Positions 18,159 to 27,984 of a stretch of DNA of 64,000 nt are shown here, in pieces; the first letter of the stretch is position 1; every line of letters begins with the position of its first letter. Below the pieces are notes generated by a model. The model worked only from the letters and a program-made list of their open reading frames with translations. It had not been told where the DNA came from and searched no databases. The translations under genes and the position numbers were made by a program. Source of the stretch: an uncultured Verrucomicrobiae bacterium (GTDB lineage Bacteria > Verrucomicrobiota > Verrucomicrobiia > Limisphaerales > Palsa-1400); contig CAVXRD010000002.1 in NCBI GenBank assembly GCA_963764165.1, positions 512,001-576,000 on the forward strand, read 5' to 3'.

Positions 18159-19391
18159 ATGAGTTTGACTCTAACTAGCCATCAGGTCTCCGCTCCGCCC
18201 AGAAACGCATCCACTGCGAGTCCTTTGCGAATACTGCTGGTGGGCGGCGGGCCGGTCTTTGATCTTGGCGGCATGGGCAAGGTCGTCCAATCGATGATCG
18301 CCGAACTTTCCAAAGAGTTCAGCCTGAGCCTGGCGGCTCCTGACATCGATGCCCCCGGTCTGACGAAGGATTTGGCGTCGTGCCTGCATCACCGCATCAA
18401 AGTTCCGGTGCATCATTGGAATCGGGCGGCGGCGCATGAATTCGTTGAGCAGGTTAAGGCGGAAAAATACGACTTGATCCACTTGCACGGCGGAACGTTC
18501 ACCTTTGATGCGCATATTCCGTGGCGCAGCCCGCTCCATCGGCTTTGTCTGGCGGGAGTGCCTTGGGTTTTAACCAATCATTGCGCCCCCTCTTTTACCG
18601 AAGGATTGTTTGCTCCGAATTATCCGCGCGCATTGAAGCCTTTGAAATCATTTTTGGCTTGGGCGTCCTGGAGTTTTTTGCTGTCTGCCGGGCAGGAGGT
18701 CTTCGTTTCGGACGAAAACCGGGGCCAGATCGACCGCTGGTTTCCATGGGCAAAACGGAAAATGAGAACGATTTACCCGTCGCTCTTGCAAGGGTCGCCG
18801 CCGAAGCCTGTGCTTTCGCCCGAGGTCATCACCATTGCGAATCTGGGCCATATCGCGTGGAGAAAAGGGCAGCACGATTTGCTGACGGCGTTTGCGGCGG
18901 CGCACCAGAAATTTCCGCAACTCCGGCTGATCCTGGCCGGGCCGGATATCGACGATGGCTGCGGCGCCTGGGTGCGTGGCGAGATCGGCCGGCTAAAACT
19001 GGAGTCCGCCGTGCAGATGCCGGGAGGATTGACGGACAAATCGGCGTTTTGGAAGTCGGTCGACGTTTATGTGCAGCCCGCCCATTACGAAGGCTCTCCG
19101 ATGTCCCTGATGGAAGCGCTTTGGCAAGGCAAACCCTCCATTGGGACGCGGGTTTCAGGCATTCCAGAAATGATCCAGCACGATTTCAACGGTCTGCTGG
19201 TCGAACCTCGGAAGCCGACGGAAATGGCGGCGGCCATCGAGCGTTTAGTGGTCGAATCCGAAACGCGCCGCCGGCTTAGCCAAAACGCCGCCGCTTACGT
19301 CCAAAGCAAAGGCATGACCAGCTCGGCCATGTGCCTGAAATACAGAGATTTGTACGAAACGATTTGCGCCGGATCCCGGCAGCACATATGA
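18159..19391 (+). CDS. Glycosyltransferase family 4
   Basis: GGMG N-terminal motif, RKGQ, EGSPMSLMEALWQGKPSIGTRVSGIPE. Confidence 0.9.
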   Translation: MSLTLTSHQVSAPPRNASTASPLRILLVGGGPVFDLGGMGKVVQSMIAELSKEFSLSLAAPDIDAPGLTKDLASCLHHRIKVPVHHWNRAAAHEFVEQVKAEKYDLIHLHGGTFTFDAHIPWRSPLHRLCLAGVPWVLTNHCAPSFTEGLFAPNYPRALKPLKSFLAWASWSFLLSAGQEVFVSDENRGQIDRWFPWAKRKMRTIYPSLLQGSPPKPVLSPEVITIANLGHIAWRKGQHDLLTAFAAAHQKFPQLRLILAGPDIDDGCGAWVRGEIGRLKLESAVQMPGGLTDKSAFWKSVDVYVQPAHYEGSPMSLMEALWQGKPSIGTRVSGIPEMIQHDFNGLLVEPRKPTEMAAAIERLVVESETRRRLSQNAAAYVQSKGMTSSAMCLKYRDLYETICAGSRQHI

Positions 19392-20599
19392 AAACAGAAG
19401 CAACTGGTGGATTGGTTTTCCGTCCGGAAAGTTTCGTGGTGGCATCGTTTGCCCGATGCGGGCACGACAATTTTGCGCGGTCATTGGAGAAGCATGGCCT
19501 GCTCGCTTTTTATGCACTGGGGACTCGGCGAGGGACGGAAGGGGTTTCGGAGCAACACACTCGCCTGAAACCCGCATTTGGACTGCTGGCGTATGCAGCG
19601 ACCAGGTTCCTCCCAACTTCCCGGGCTGAGTCGTTTCGATTCAGGCTCTACCCGCTCTATGATCGCTGGGTCCGATCTCTCCTTCGCCCCGGGCAGCACC
19701 TCTTGACCAGCTTTGGTTTTGCCAATGCGGCGATGAGGCGATGCAAGGAACATGGGGGAACGACGTTTCTCGACGCTCAAAATTCGCATCCGCGCGTATT
19801 TTGGGATCTCCTGATGGAGGAGCACAAAAAATGGGGGTCACCCTACCCACCCGTCGCCAAGCATTTCAATGATCGCGGATTGGAGAGCGTCAAGCGTTCC
19901 GACTACGTGTTCGCGTGCAGCCCGTTTGTGCGGGATTCTTTTTTGGAGCAGGGATTGGAGCCGCGGCGGGTTTTATTGTATGATCAGCCCGTAAACTTGG
20001 GGTGGTTCAAACCGCCGACCGATCCACGCCCCGCCTCCCGGCCCTTGACTTTGCTCAATACCGGAGCGCTCTGCCTGCGCAAAGGAACCCCTTACTTGCT
20101 GGAAGCGTTTCGTTTGATTCGGAAAAAGGTGCCGGACGCTGTTTTGCGTTTGAGCCAAATTGTGCGGGAGGATGTCCGGGAAATCTTGAATCGTCATAGC
20201 GATTTGCCCATTGAATGGGCGCCGCCGCTTAATTTGGGAATCAAGGAGCAGCGCCAACGCTACGTGGAGAGGTTTCAAACTTCGGACATCTTTGTTTTCC
20301 CCACCATTGAAGAAGGCTTTGCCTTCGTGGTGAAGGAAGCGCTGGCCTGCGGCCTTCCCGTGATTACCACGCGGAACAGCGGCGCTTCCGACGTGATTCG
20401 CTCGGGGGAAAATGGCGAGCTTGTTCCCATCCGTGATCCCGAAGCGGTGGCGAATGCTGTCTTAGCGTGGTGGGCGAGAATTCAAGCCGGCAGACGGCTG
20501 CAAAATCTGGATCAAACCCGAACTTCGCTCGGCTTCGATGCGTTCGATAAGAGCATCATGGATATTTTGGCGACGCTGGGAACGCTTCCCGTTCGATAA
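19388..20599 (+). CDS. Glycosyltransferase family 4
   Basis: LRKG and FPTIEEGFAFVVKEALACGLPVITT motifs; ATGA overlap with the upstream GT. Confidence 0.9.
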   Translation: MKTEATGGLVFRPESFVVASFARCGHDNFARSLEKHGLLAFYALGTRRGTEGVSEQHTRLKPAFGLLAYAATRFLPTSRAESFRFRLYPLYDRWVRSLLRPGQHLLTSFGFANAAMRRCKEHGGTTFLDAQNSHPRVFWDLLMEEHKKWGSPYPPVAKHFNDRGLESVKRSDYVFACSPFVRDSFLEQGLEPRRVLLYDQPVNLGWFKPPTDPRPASRPLTLLNTGALCLRKGTPYLLEAFRLIRKKVPDAVLRLSQIVREDVREILNRHSDLPIEWAPPLNLGIKEQRQRYVERFQTSDIFVFPTIEEGFAFVVKEALACGLPVITTRNSGASDVIRSGENGELVPIRDPEAVANAVLAWWARIQAGRRLQNLDQTRTSLGFDAFDKSIMDILATLGTLPVR

Positions 20600-20619
20600 A
20601 GCGCGCTTGCCGTTCTTTC

Positions 20620-22164
20620 TCATTTTGCAAAACCAGTGCGATAAAGAATCGGCTGCATCCAGACCGGAGCGCGGCGGCACACTTCTATCCGCAACGACGC
20701 TCCCAGGCCATAACGCACAAACATCAAAGCCGTCCACGCGCCCACAATCGCTGCGTTGGCAATGAGCCGCTGGAGAGGCGGCAGATTGCGGGCCAGCCAC
20801 CAAACCAAAAACGCGACTGGCGCCACCGTTGCGGCCAGGGCAAGAGTGCTTCTGTGCCAATGAGCCATGTCGGCCCAAGTCAGGTGAAAATACCCGCGCG
20901 TCCGCCACAGCCCATAGGCGCAGCTCCAGCAAAGACTGCACAAAACAGACACAGCCAGCATGAGAGTGATGCCTCCGAAGCGATAAAATAGAACAGTGAG
21001 TGTGATAAATGAGATTCCCTCGACAAAATACACATAGCGCAGGAAGCGGAAAACCTTCGTTTGCCCCACCAGGCCCGTATGCGCTTTTGCGGTGACGCAT
21101 AATACCAGCCAAACGGCGAGAAGCATATCGTTCACCGGCGGCCATCCGAATTCGCCCTTGGTCCAAACTTGGACAAAAGAGTTATTCGTGACGGCCAGGA
21201 CAGCGCCGGCGGCGACAGCCAAGTTGGTGGATAGGACCGCCACATCCCGGAACCGCTGCATCAACCTGTCCCGCTGGCCTTGCACCATCATTTCGGCCAG
21301 AGCCGAGGATGAGAAATCAAAAATCCTCCCGACGAATTGCAGGAGAAGGACAAACGCGCGCGTGGTGACGCTCCAGACAGCAGCGGCATCCAGCCCCATC
21401 AGCCGCGTCAAGAGCACAGCCTGGCTGGCGTTGACAAGCTGGGCTCCGAGGGTGTAAACGAAGATGTCCCGACCAAAGGCAAATAATTCCAGGAATCCCT
21501 TCCAAGAGGGCCGCCCCCACTGGCCGCGCGCCGGGAGCAGGCCGAGTTTGCAGCACCAAATCCCATTGATGGCTGCGGTCAAAATGACGCCGGCTGCCTG
21601 TCCCCACATCAAGCTGTAGACTCCCGCACCCTTGGCAAACGCCAGCCACATGACCCCGCCGTTGACAACCAATGAAAATGCGCCGCTATAGTTCGCGACA
21701 TCGAATCTCTGGTGGGCGATCAGTATGTTGCTAATGATCCGGGTGGCGAACAAGGTTCCGGTGACGCCCGCCTGGGCGATCAAGAGCCAGAAAAACTCGC
21801 GCTCGAATCTCGCCTCGATATTCAGGAGCGGCCCGGCCACAAACGCGAGAATGCATCCGGCACAGCAAACCAGGCAGGCCTGAGATATGCCCACCCAGGC
21901 ACCCGTTTGAATCATGCCTCCATACGCGCCCGGCTCCTTGTGATCCTTGTAGTCAATAAGAATCCGCGCGGATGCCGATGTGATGCCAAGATCAATCAAA
22001 GCGATGTAGCCCGCGATCTGCGTCGTAATGGCCCACAGGCCGAACTCCGGCTTCCCCAAAAAGTGAAGGGCGAGGCGCACCGACCCCAGCGTAAACAAGA
22101 CGTTCAATCCCAGCAGCACGTAACCGGAAAGCAGGGAATGCGTGAATCTCTTAATGCGTGACAT
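20620..22164 (-). CDS. wzx: Polysaccharide flippase (Wzx/MOP superfamily)
   Basis: About 12-14 TM segments, LGKPEFGLW...DLGI N-terminal motif, glycan-cluster context. Confidence 0.8.
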   Translation of the reverse strand: MSRIKRFTHSLLSGYVLLGLNVLFTLGSVRLALHFLGKPEFGLWAITTQIAGYIALIDLGITSASARILIDYKDHKEPGAYGGMIQTGAWVGISQACLVCCAGCILAFVAGPLLNIEARFEREFFWLLIAQAGVTGTLFATRIISNILIAHQRFDVANYSGAFSLVVNGGVMWLAFAKGAGVYSLMWGQAAGVILTAAINGIWCCKLGLLPARGQWGRPSWKGFLELFAFGRDIFVYTLGAQLVNASQAVLLTRLMGLDAAAVWSVTTRAFVLLLQFVGRIFDFSSSALAEMMVQGQRDRLMQRFRDVAVLSTNLAVAAGAVLAVTNNSFVQVWTKGEFGWPPVNDMLLAVWLVLCVTAKAHTGLVGQTKVFRFLRYVYFVEGISFITLTVLFYRFGGITLMLAVSVLCSLCWSCAYGLWRTRGYFHLTWADMAHWHRSTLALAATVAPVAFLVWWLARNLPPLQRLIANAAIVGAWTALMFVRYGLGASLRIEVCRRAPVWMQPILYRTGFAK

Positions 22165-22217
22165 GGAAATCGAATCAGCCGGGGGAATTACATTGCAACC
22201 GGCTCACATCGCGCTTG

Positions 22218-23084
22218 TTACCGAAAGTTCCCGCGAAGCACCGACTCGTCATCGATGCGCCGATAAAACCTTGGATCAAAGTCTGACTCAAAAACTGCCT
22301 TTCTCATTCTCTTGATTGACTTCTTTAGCGGCTTGGGAATGCAGGATTTCCACGACCGCCCCGCGGCGGCATTCTTCGCGCTCTGGTCCCACATGGAGAC
22401 ATAGTCACTCTGTTGCGGCGGAACCTTGAAGATCTCGACCTCGGCAATCCGTTTGGCAATCACGCTGATATAGGTCGGCTTGCTGTTGACGAGTTCGACG
22501 CGCTGGCGCATTTTTTCCGGGTCGCTCACAATGTACCAGGGCCCCGGTGGAACCACCTCGCGAAGAAGAACCGCCACCAGTTCGAAGCCGTTGGCAGCCG
22601 AGAAGATGCGGAAGATCAGCTCTGGACTGAACTGCCAGAAGCCGTGCCCGGTGCAATTGTTGGCGCAATTCACCTGGGTGAAGAAGCCGCCCACCTTGAC
22701 AAGTTCCATGCAATTCTTGAATGCCTGCGGGACATTGAAGACGTGCTCGATGCTGCCGCCGTCATGCACCAGGGAGAATTTGCCCCGCCACTGCTCGGGC
22801 AGCGGGACGTTCATATCAAAGAGGACGGTTGCTTGCTCGTAAGGCGATACATCAATGGAATCGACACTCTTGGCGCCAAGTTGTTTGAAAAATTCATCAG
22901 AATACTGGTTGTTTTTGATAAAGGCCCCGGCATCCAAGTGGATGCCGTGGGTAGCAAAAACGCGGCGCAAGGCAGATTCTCCCGGACAAAAAGACTGGCG
23001 GCCGATTGTGGCCGTTTGGGAGAAATCCACGCCGAGCGACTTGGCTGCGCACAGCAGCATGGCTGAAGTCTCGTCTAATCCCAT
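22218..23084 (-). CDS. SAM-dependent methyltransferase-like protein
   Basis: SIDVSPYEQA, FDMN and DGGSIEHVFN...LVKVGG class I MTase-like motifs. Confidence 0.7.
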   Translation of the reverse strand: MGLDETSAMLLCAAKSLGVDFSQTATIGRQSFCPGESALRRVFATHGIHLDAGAFIKNNQYSDEFFKQLGAKSVDSIDVSPYEQATVLFDMNVPLPEQWRGKFSLVHDGGSIEHVFNVPQAFKNCMELVKVGGFFTQVNCANNCTGHGFWQFSPELIFRIFSAANGFELVAVLLREVVPPGPWYIVSDPEKMRQRVELVNSKPTYISVIAKRIAEVEIFKVPPQQSDYVSMWDQSAKNAAAGRSWKSCIPKPLKKSIKRMRKAVFESDFDPRFYRRIDDESVLRGNFR

Positions 23085-23260
23085 AACGCAGAAATGATTG
23101 GGTCGATGTTCACGAACCTCAAGCATGGTCTGAGCAATTCCGGGTGCTTACAAGTTTATTTGCTGCTCTGGCGCTTCGATGGGCGCGCCAGGCAATGCTC
23201 CTCTATGCGTTTGGTTTCCTTGTGCCTTGCAAGTTGCGGCCCCGCCGTTAAGATTCAGCG

Positions 23261-24013
23261 GTGAATTCGGAGAGTTTTTACGATCAATATTGGGCCAACG
23301 GCCTCCACGTAATGGGACCCAAGTGGGACGAACGGGAATTTAAGCGCGTGATGGGCCCGCTTATTGGCCGCGAACACGTGCTGGATTATGGGTGTGGCGT
23401 CGGCCATTACTACCAGCATTTGCTGGCCCCGGCAGTCAAATCCTACGCCGGGGCCGACGTGGCGCCGATGGCCTTGGAAACCTTGCGACGCCGCGGTTAT
23501 GAGGCATTTCCAATCGACCCCGACAAAGCCTCTATCGAATGCCCGGACTCGAGCTTCGACGGCGCTGTGTGTGTGGAAGTGCTCGAACACCTCTTTGATC
23601 CGTTGAAAGCCGCCCGCGAACTGTTCCGTGTTTTGAAGCCCGGTGGTGTGCTCGTGGCGACGGTGCCAAATTTCGGATACCATCCGTGGCGGTTAATGGC
23701 GTTATTGCGAGCCCAAGTGCCTTCGGAGCCGGAGGACGCGAAGAAGAATCGGTTTAACGGCGTCCATATTCGCTATTTCAGCAAGCTGATGTTTCATCGC
23801 CTGCTGGTGGGCGCGGGCTTCACCCAGGTCACGATTGGCAGTTTTGACCAGTCCAGCATCTGGGATGTGACCCGCGGGATGGGGCCGATGGCATATGTGA
23901 GCGACTGGGCCAGAAAGACCCTTCCGAGGCCGTTTCACATGGGGTTTTTGCAAGACGTCTGGCCAAATGTCTGCGCCGCGCGGCTCAAGGCAGTTGCGTA
24001 TCGCGCTTCATGA
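23261..24013 (+). CDS. Class I SAM-dependent methyltransferase
   Basis: VLDYGCGVG, FDGAVCVEVLEHL and RVLKPGG motifs. Confidence 0.92.
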   Translation: MNSESFYDQYWANGLHVMGPKWDEREFKRVMGPLIGREHVLDYGCGVGHYYQHLLAPAVKSYAGADVAPMALETLRRRGYEAFPIDPDKASIECPDSSFDGAVCVEVLEHLFDPLKAARELFRVLKPGGVLVATVPNFGYHPWRLMALLRAQVPSEPEDAKKNRFNGVHIRYFSKLMFHRLLVGAGFTQVTIGSFDQSSIWDVTRGMGPMAYVSDWARKTLPRPFHMGFLQDVWPNVCAARLKAVAYRAS

Positions 24014-24133
24014 AAACCCTGCTGTCGGGACACCTAATATTTGCATGACGACGCGTTGATGGCGTTGGCTAAGGCGGAAACCTTGTCCAATGCAAAATCT
24101 TCCTTCCTGCAAGCGGGAGACGCGTTGCTTTGA

Positions 24134-24734
24134 CATGGGATCGGCATTCTCGCCGGTAAAATTAGCGGTGCTTTTCGTCTGGATGACTGCGCTGGCGGCT
24201 TTCGGAGATCCCGTTGGGACGATGTTCACCTATCAGGGGTGTTTGGCGAGCGGCAATTGTCCTGTTAATGGCAGCTTTGACCTGCGATTTGAAATTTATG
24301 ACGCACCCACCGATGGCACCGGCCTAGGAGTCGTGCTCACCAACGCCGTGCCGATCAGCAACGGGGTTTTCGCCGTGTCGCTCGATTTCGGAACGGGCGT
24401 TTTCGCAGGGCAGGCGCTCTGGCTGCAAATCTCCGCGAAGACCAATCTCGCCTCCGACTTCGCCGCCTTGGCGCCGCGGCTGCCGCTGACTGCCGTGCCT
24501 TATTCCGTGGATTCGGCCACTGTTGACTCAGTGCCAGCCAGCCGAATAAGCGGCCTCCTGCCAAATAGCCTGCTTCCGACCAATGTGGCTTTGGTTGGAC
24601 AAAGCCAGGTTTTTACGGGCTCAAATTATTTCCAAGGGCCAGCCATCCTCACCAACCCTGCCAACATGTTCACGGGCCAGTTTTTTTGGGATGGCACCGG
24701 GACCCGACGTTTTACGTCACCAACGGTGTCATAG
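24134..24734 (+). pseudogene. Truncated N-terminal part of a secreted FTYQG-type surface protein
   Basis: Signal peptide, FTYQGCL...GSFDLRFEIYDA...NGVFAVSLDFG...LAPRLPLTAVPYS; ends abruptly after FTGQFFWDGTG. Confidence 0.55.
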
Positions 24735-25054
24735 TGAAGGTGCGCTAACCCGAATCATCCGGATCCACAGTTGATTTGCGATGGGCCGTCGCGTTCCATC
24801 CCACAGATGGAACGAAAAATCATCTTGCCTCCCCCCAAAATGAATTGCCCCCACCTTGGATTCGCGGTAAAATCGTGTTTTGATTGCAACGATGAGTAAA
24901 CGAAATGCGAGTGTCTGGGCCGCCGCCGTGAAGCAAAAGTCACGAGACCTGTCTCACTCCCTGCCAGTTAAACGAGCCTCGTGGATATCCGGCGCGAAGT
25001 GATCGAAAAAGCGGCGGGATCGCGCCGCGGAGACGCGATACGGCTTTAATCTTT

Positions 25055-26221
25055 ATGCCAACCGCCGAACACCGCGGGCCAAAAACACACTGGCTGGATT
25101 CCTGGCATGTCGATCCCAGCCTGAATCGGAATTATGATTTTATCGACGGCCTTCGCGGGATCGCGATCTTGATGGTGCTCGTCTGCCATCACCTCTACTT
25201 CAATCCAGCGGGGAGCAAAGCCGAGCATTTTGTCGGCGGCATGGTCGAGGGATGCGGACGCGGAGTTTCTCTCTTTTTTGCGCTTTCGGGCTTTCTGATT
25301 TCCTGGCCGTTCTGGAAGCGCAAATTCGCCGCCTCCCCGGAGGCGGTCCCGAAGCGTTACGGCTGGAGGCGCTTTTGGAAAATCTATCCTCCGCTGGCGC
25401 TTTCCATTCTTGTGTTCGTCCCCATCTTTGCCCTGGCCTCGGGAGATGGGTCGTATTGGTGGATCGGCGCAAAATGGCTGGCAGGACTGCCGTTGCTGGT
25501 GCCTGTCAGCGGCAGCGTCAACCCCGTGATGTGGACGCTGGTGGTCGAAGCGCAATTCTATGCGGTGCTCCCGCTATTGTTTGTGGCCCTGAAAAAACTC
25601 CCACCCAAAATCTGCCTCTGGCTCATTCCGCTGCTGTTTTTCGCCGTCCCCGCTGGCTTCCGTCTTCTGACGGGGCTTTCGGCCACTTTCCGTCCGGAAA
25701 TCAACTCGCATTTTCCTTCGATGTTGGATTGTTTTTGTTTGGGAGTGCTGATGGGTGGTTTGGAGAATGCGGGGCTGCTGAGGAAATCCTGGGCGCACAT
25801 TGGCGTCGTCGGGCTGGTCCTCTGGCCGGTCGTTTTGCTTGCCTTTGGCTGGATAGAGACGCATCCGCAAAACCCCCGCGCCGCGCTGGAGGCCGCCGCG
25901 GACTGGATTTCAAAAATCGCGTCGGGCTGCCTGCTCTGCTACGTAGCCGACCCGCGGCATTCGATTGCCAGGATGTTGTGCGCTCCATGGCTGCGCTGGT
26001 GCGGCATCGTGAGCTATGAATGGTATCTGTTCCATCAACCCATTAATGGTTGGGCAAGGCATTACTTTGGGCCGGCTGGAGGCTCGGTTTTCAAATACGC
26101 CGCGATCGCAGGAGGGTCTCTCCTTTTCACCACGATTCTCATCGCCGTGATTTACCGCTGGTTCTCCCTGCCACTCCTTAGGTACGGACGAGGCGGGGCC
26201 GGATCGAAAGTTCTTGCTTAG
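25055..26221 (+). CDS. Acyltransferase family 3 (OafA-like O-acyltransferase)
   Basis: IDGLRGIAILMV, GVSLFFALSGFLI, RRFWKIYP, WTLVVEAQFY and SYEWYLFH motifs. Confidence 0.92.
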   Translation: MPTAEHRGPKTHWLDSWHVDPSLNRNYDFIDGLRGIAILMVLVCHHLYFNPAGSKAEHFVGGMVEGCGRGVSLFFALSGFLISWPFWKRKFAASPEAVPKRYGWRRFWKIYPPLALSILVFVPIFALASGDGSYWWIGAKWLAGLPLLVPVSGSVNPVMWTLVVEAQFYAVLPLLFVALKKLPPKICLWLIPLLFFAVPAGFRLLTGLSATFRPEINSHFPSMLDCFCLGVLMGGLENAGLLRKSWAHIGVVGLVLWPVVLLAFGWIETHPQNPRAALEAAADWISKIASGCLLCYVADPRHSIARMLCAPWLRWCGIVSYEWYLFHQPINGWARHYFGPAGGSVFKYAAIAGGSLLFTTILIAVIYRWFSLPLLRYGRGGAGSKVLA

Positions 26222-26254
26222 CGGGTGAGCGCCGAGGCAGCATAACTAGCACGA

Positions 26255-27781
26255 ATGTATAGATTCCAGCGCCTCCTGACGTTATATGCCGTAGCGATCC
26301 CATTGGCCCTGATGCTGGGCTGGCTGGCGGCGACGCCTGATTCGGCAAGCATTGCGATGGTGGGACTGGTATTTTTCGTCCTGGCCCTGCCGCTGCTGAC
26401 GCAGCATAGCCATGGTTTTTTGATTATTCTTTGGAATTCGGCATTCATGGCGGGTTTTTTGCCTGGCGCGCTGCCGTTTTGGATGATATTCGGTTTTCTG
26501 ACTTTTGGAATTGGGCTGGTTTATTCAACTTTGTCGCGTCGGCCTTTCCTCCGTGCGCCGGAAATGACGAAGCCTCTCATCGCTTTTGCGATCTTGATTT
26601 TATTGACGGCGAGGCTTCGAGGAGGGTTGGGGTTGCACAGCTTTGGCAGCAGTTCTTTCGGCGGAAAAAACTATTTTTACATAGTTAGCGCGATCATTGG
26701 GTACTTTGGGCTCGTTTCGCAGCCCGTGCCGATGGCGCAGAGAATCCCGTGCGTGCGCTGGTTCTTTGCTTCCGGTATTACATTCGCACTGGCCAATCTT
26801 GGGTATATCCTGGGTACGAGTTTTTATTTTATTTATCTCTTTGTCAGCGCTGGCTCGGCAACCAGCCAGGCGGCTGCGGATTATTCGGACACCGCCATAA
26901 GGCGGTTTAGCGGATTCGGCCCTGCCGCCATTGGATTGATGGCGCTGGTCATTTCAAAATGGGGGATAACTGGAATCCTTCAGTGGTTAAAGCCGTGGCG
27001 GCTTTTGCTATTTTCCCTTGCGTGGGCAGCAGCCCTTCTGAGCGGTTTTCGCGCGGAGCTGCTTTTCCTTACGATCTTTTTTGTCATACAGTTTCTTGTG
27101 GAAGGACTCTGGAAAACGGCTTGGCTGCCTATTTTCTGTTTGCTGGGCGTCTTGTGCGCTGCTCCGGTGCTTCTCTACCTCGACCATATGCCGCGGGCCA
27201 TTCAGCGCACCTTGGCGTTCTTGCCGGTTACGATTGATCCGAGCGTCCGCGAAGAGGCCGAAGCATCGTCCCAGTGGCGGTTCGACATGTGGGCTGAAGC
27301 CTTAAAGGAAGTCCCCAGATATCTCCTGCTGGGAAAGGGGTATGCCATCGACCCGACTGAACTCTATTTGACGGAAGAGGCGGCTCGAAGAGGCGCCTTG
27401 CCCGGATATGAAGTCTCCCGGCTGTCGGGCGACTATCATAGTGGACCGCTATCCGTATTGATCCCATTCGGCGTTGCCGGCTCCGCCATCTTCCTTTGGC
27501 TGCTTTGGGCAGGCCTTAAGGTTGTGTATTCCAATTTTCGGTATGGCGAATCCAATCTCAAGCTGATCAATGGCGTGCTGTTCTCGTATTTCCTGGCTCA
27601 AGTGATTGCCTTTTTCTTTATTTTTGGGGCCTTGAGTTCCCAGCTTTCGGTTTTCCTGGGAGTGGTGGGACTAAGCGTGAGCGTGAACCGAGGGGTATGC
27701 AGACGGGCTGTTTCCGTTGCCCCAATGCCATCTACTTCGTCTTCGCCTCTGACATCACCGTCGCCTGTGGCAACCACATGA
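26255..27781 (+). CDS. O-antigen ligase/polymerase (Wzy_C)-like membrane protein, paralog 1
   Basis: About 12 TM segments, SGFR motif, periplasmic WRFDMW...LLGKGY...GDYHSGPLS. Confidence 0.7.
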   Translation: MYRFQRLLTLYAVAIPLALMLGWLAATPDSASIAMVGLVFFVLALPLLTQHSHGFLIILWNSAFMAGFLPGALPFWMIFGFLTFGIGLVYSTLSRRPFLRAPEMTKPLIAFAILILLTARLRGGLGLHSFGSSSFGGKNYFYIVSAIIGYFGLVSQPVPMAQRIPCVRWFFASGITFALANLGYILGTSFYFIYLFVSAGSATSQAAADYSDTAIRRFSGFGPAAIGLMALVISKWGITGILQWLKPWRLLLFSLAWAAALLSGFRAELLFLTIFFVIQFLVEGLWKTAWLPIFCLLGVLCAAPVLLYLDHMPRAIQRTLAFLPVTIDPSVREEAEASSQWRFDMWAEALKEVPRYLLLGKGYAIDPTELYLTEEAARRGALPGYEVSRLSGDYHSGPLSVLIPFGVAGSAIFLWLLWAGLKVVYSNFRYGESNLKLINGVLFSYFLAQVIAFFFIFGALSSQLSVFLGVVGLSVSVNRGVCRRAVSVAPMPSTSSSPLTSPSPVATT

Positions 27782-27984
27782 TCACCCTTGCTATGCAGAG
27801 AGGTTTGTATTCCAAGCACCGGCCGGAATATCCGCGCAAGTTTATGGGCGACGGAGCTTCGGGCACTCGGTCAGCGAACAACCAGCTTGCAATGGGATTC
27901 CCGAACAGGATTTTCGACGCCCGCGGATTAACGAATGCTTCCGCCTATTCTTTGGCGCCGCTCTAACATCTTGCGATAAATTGA

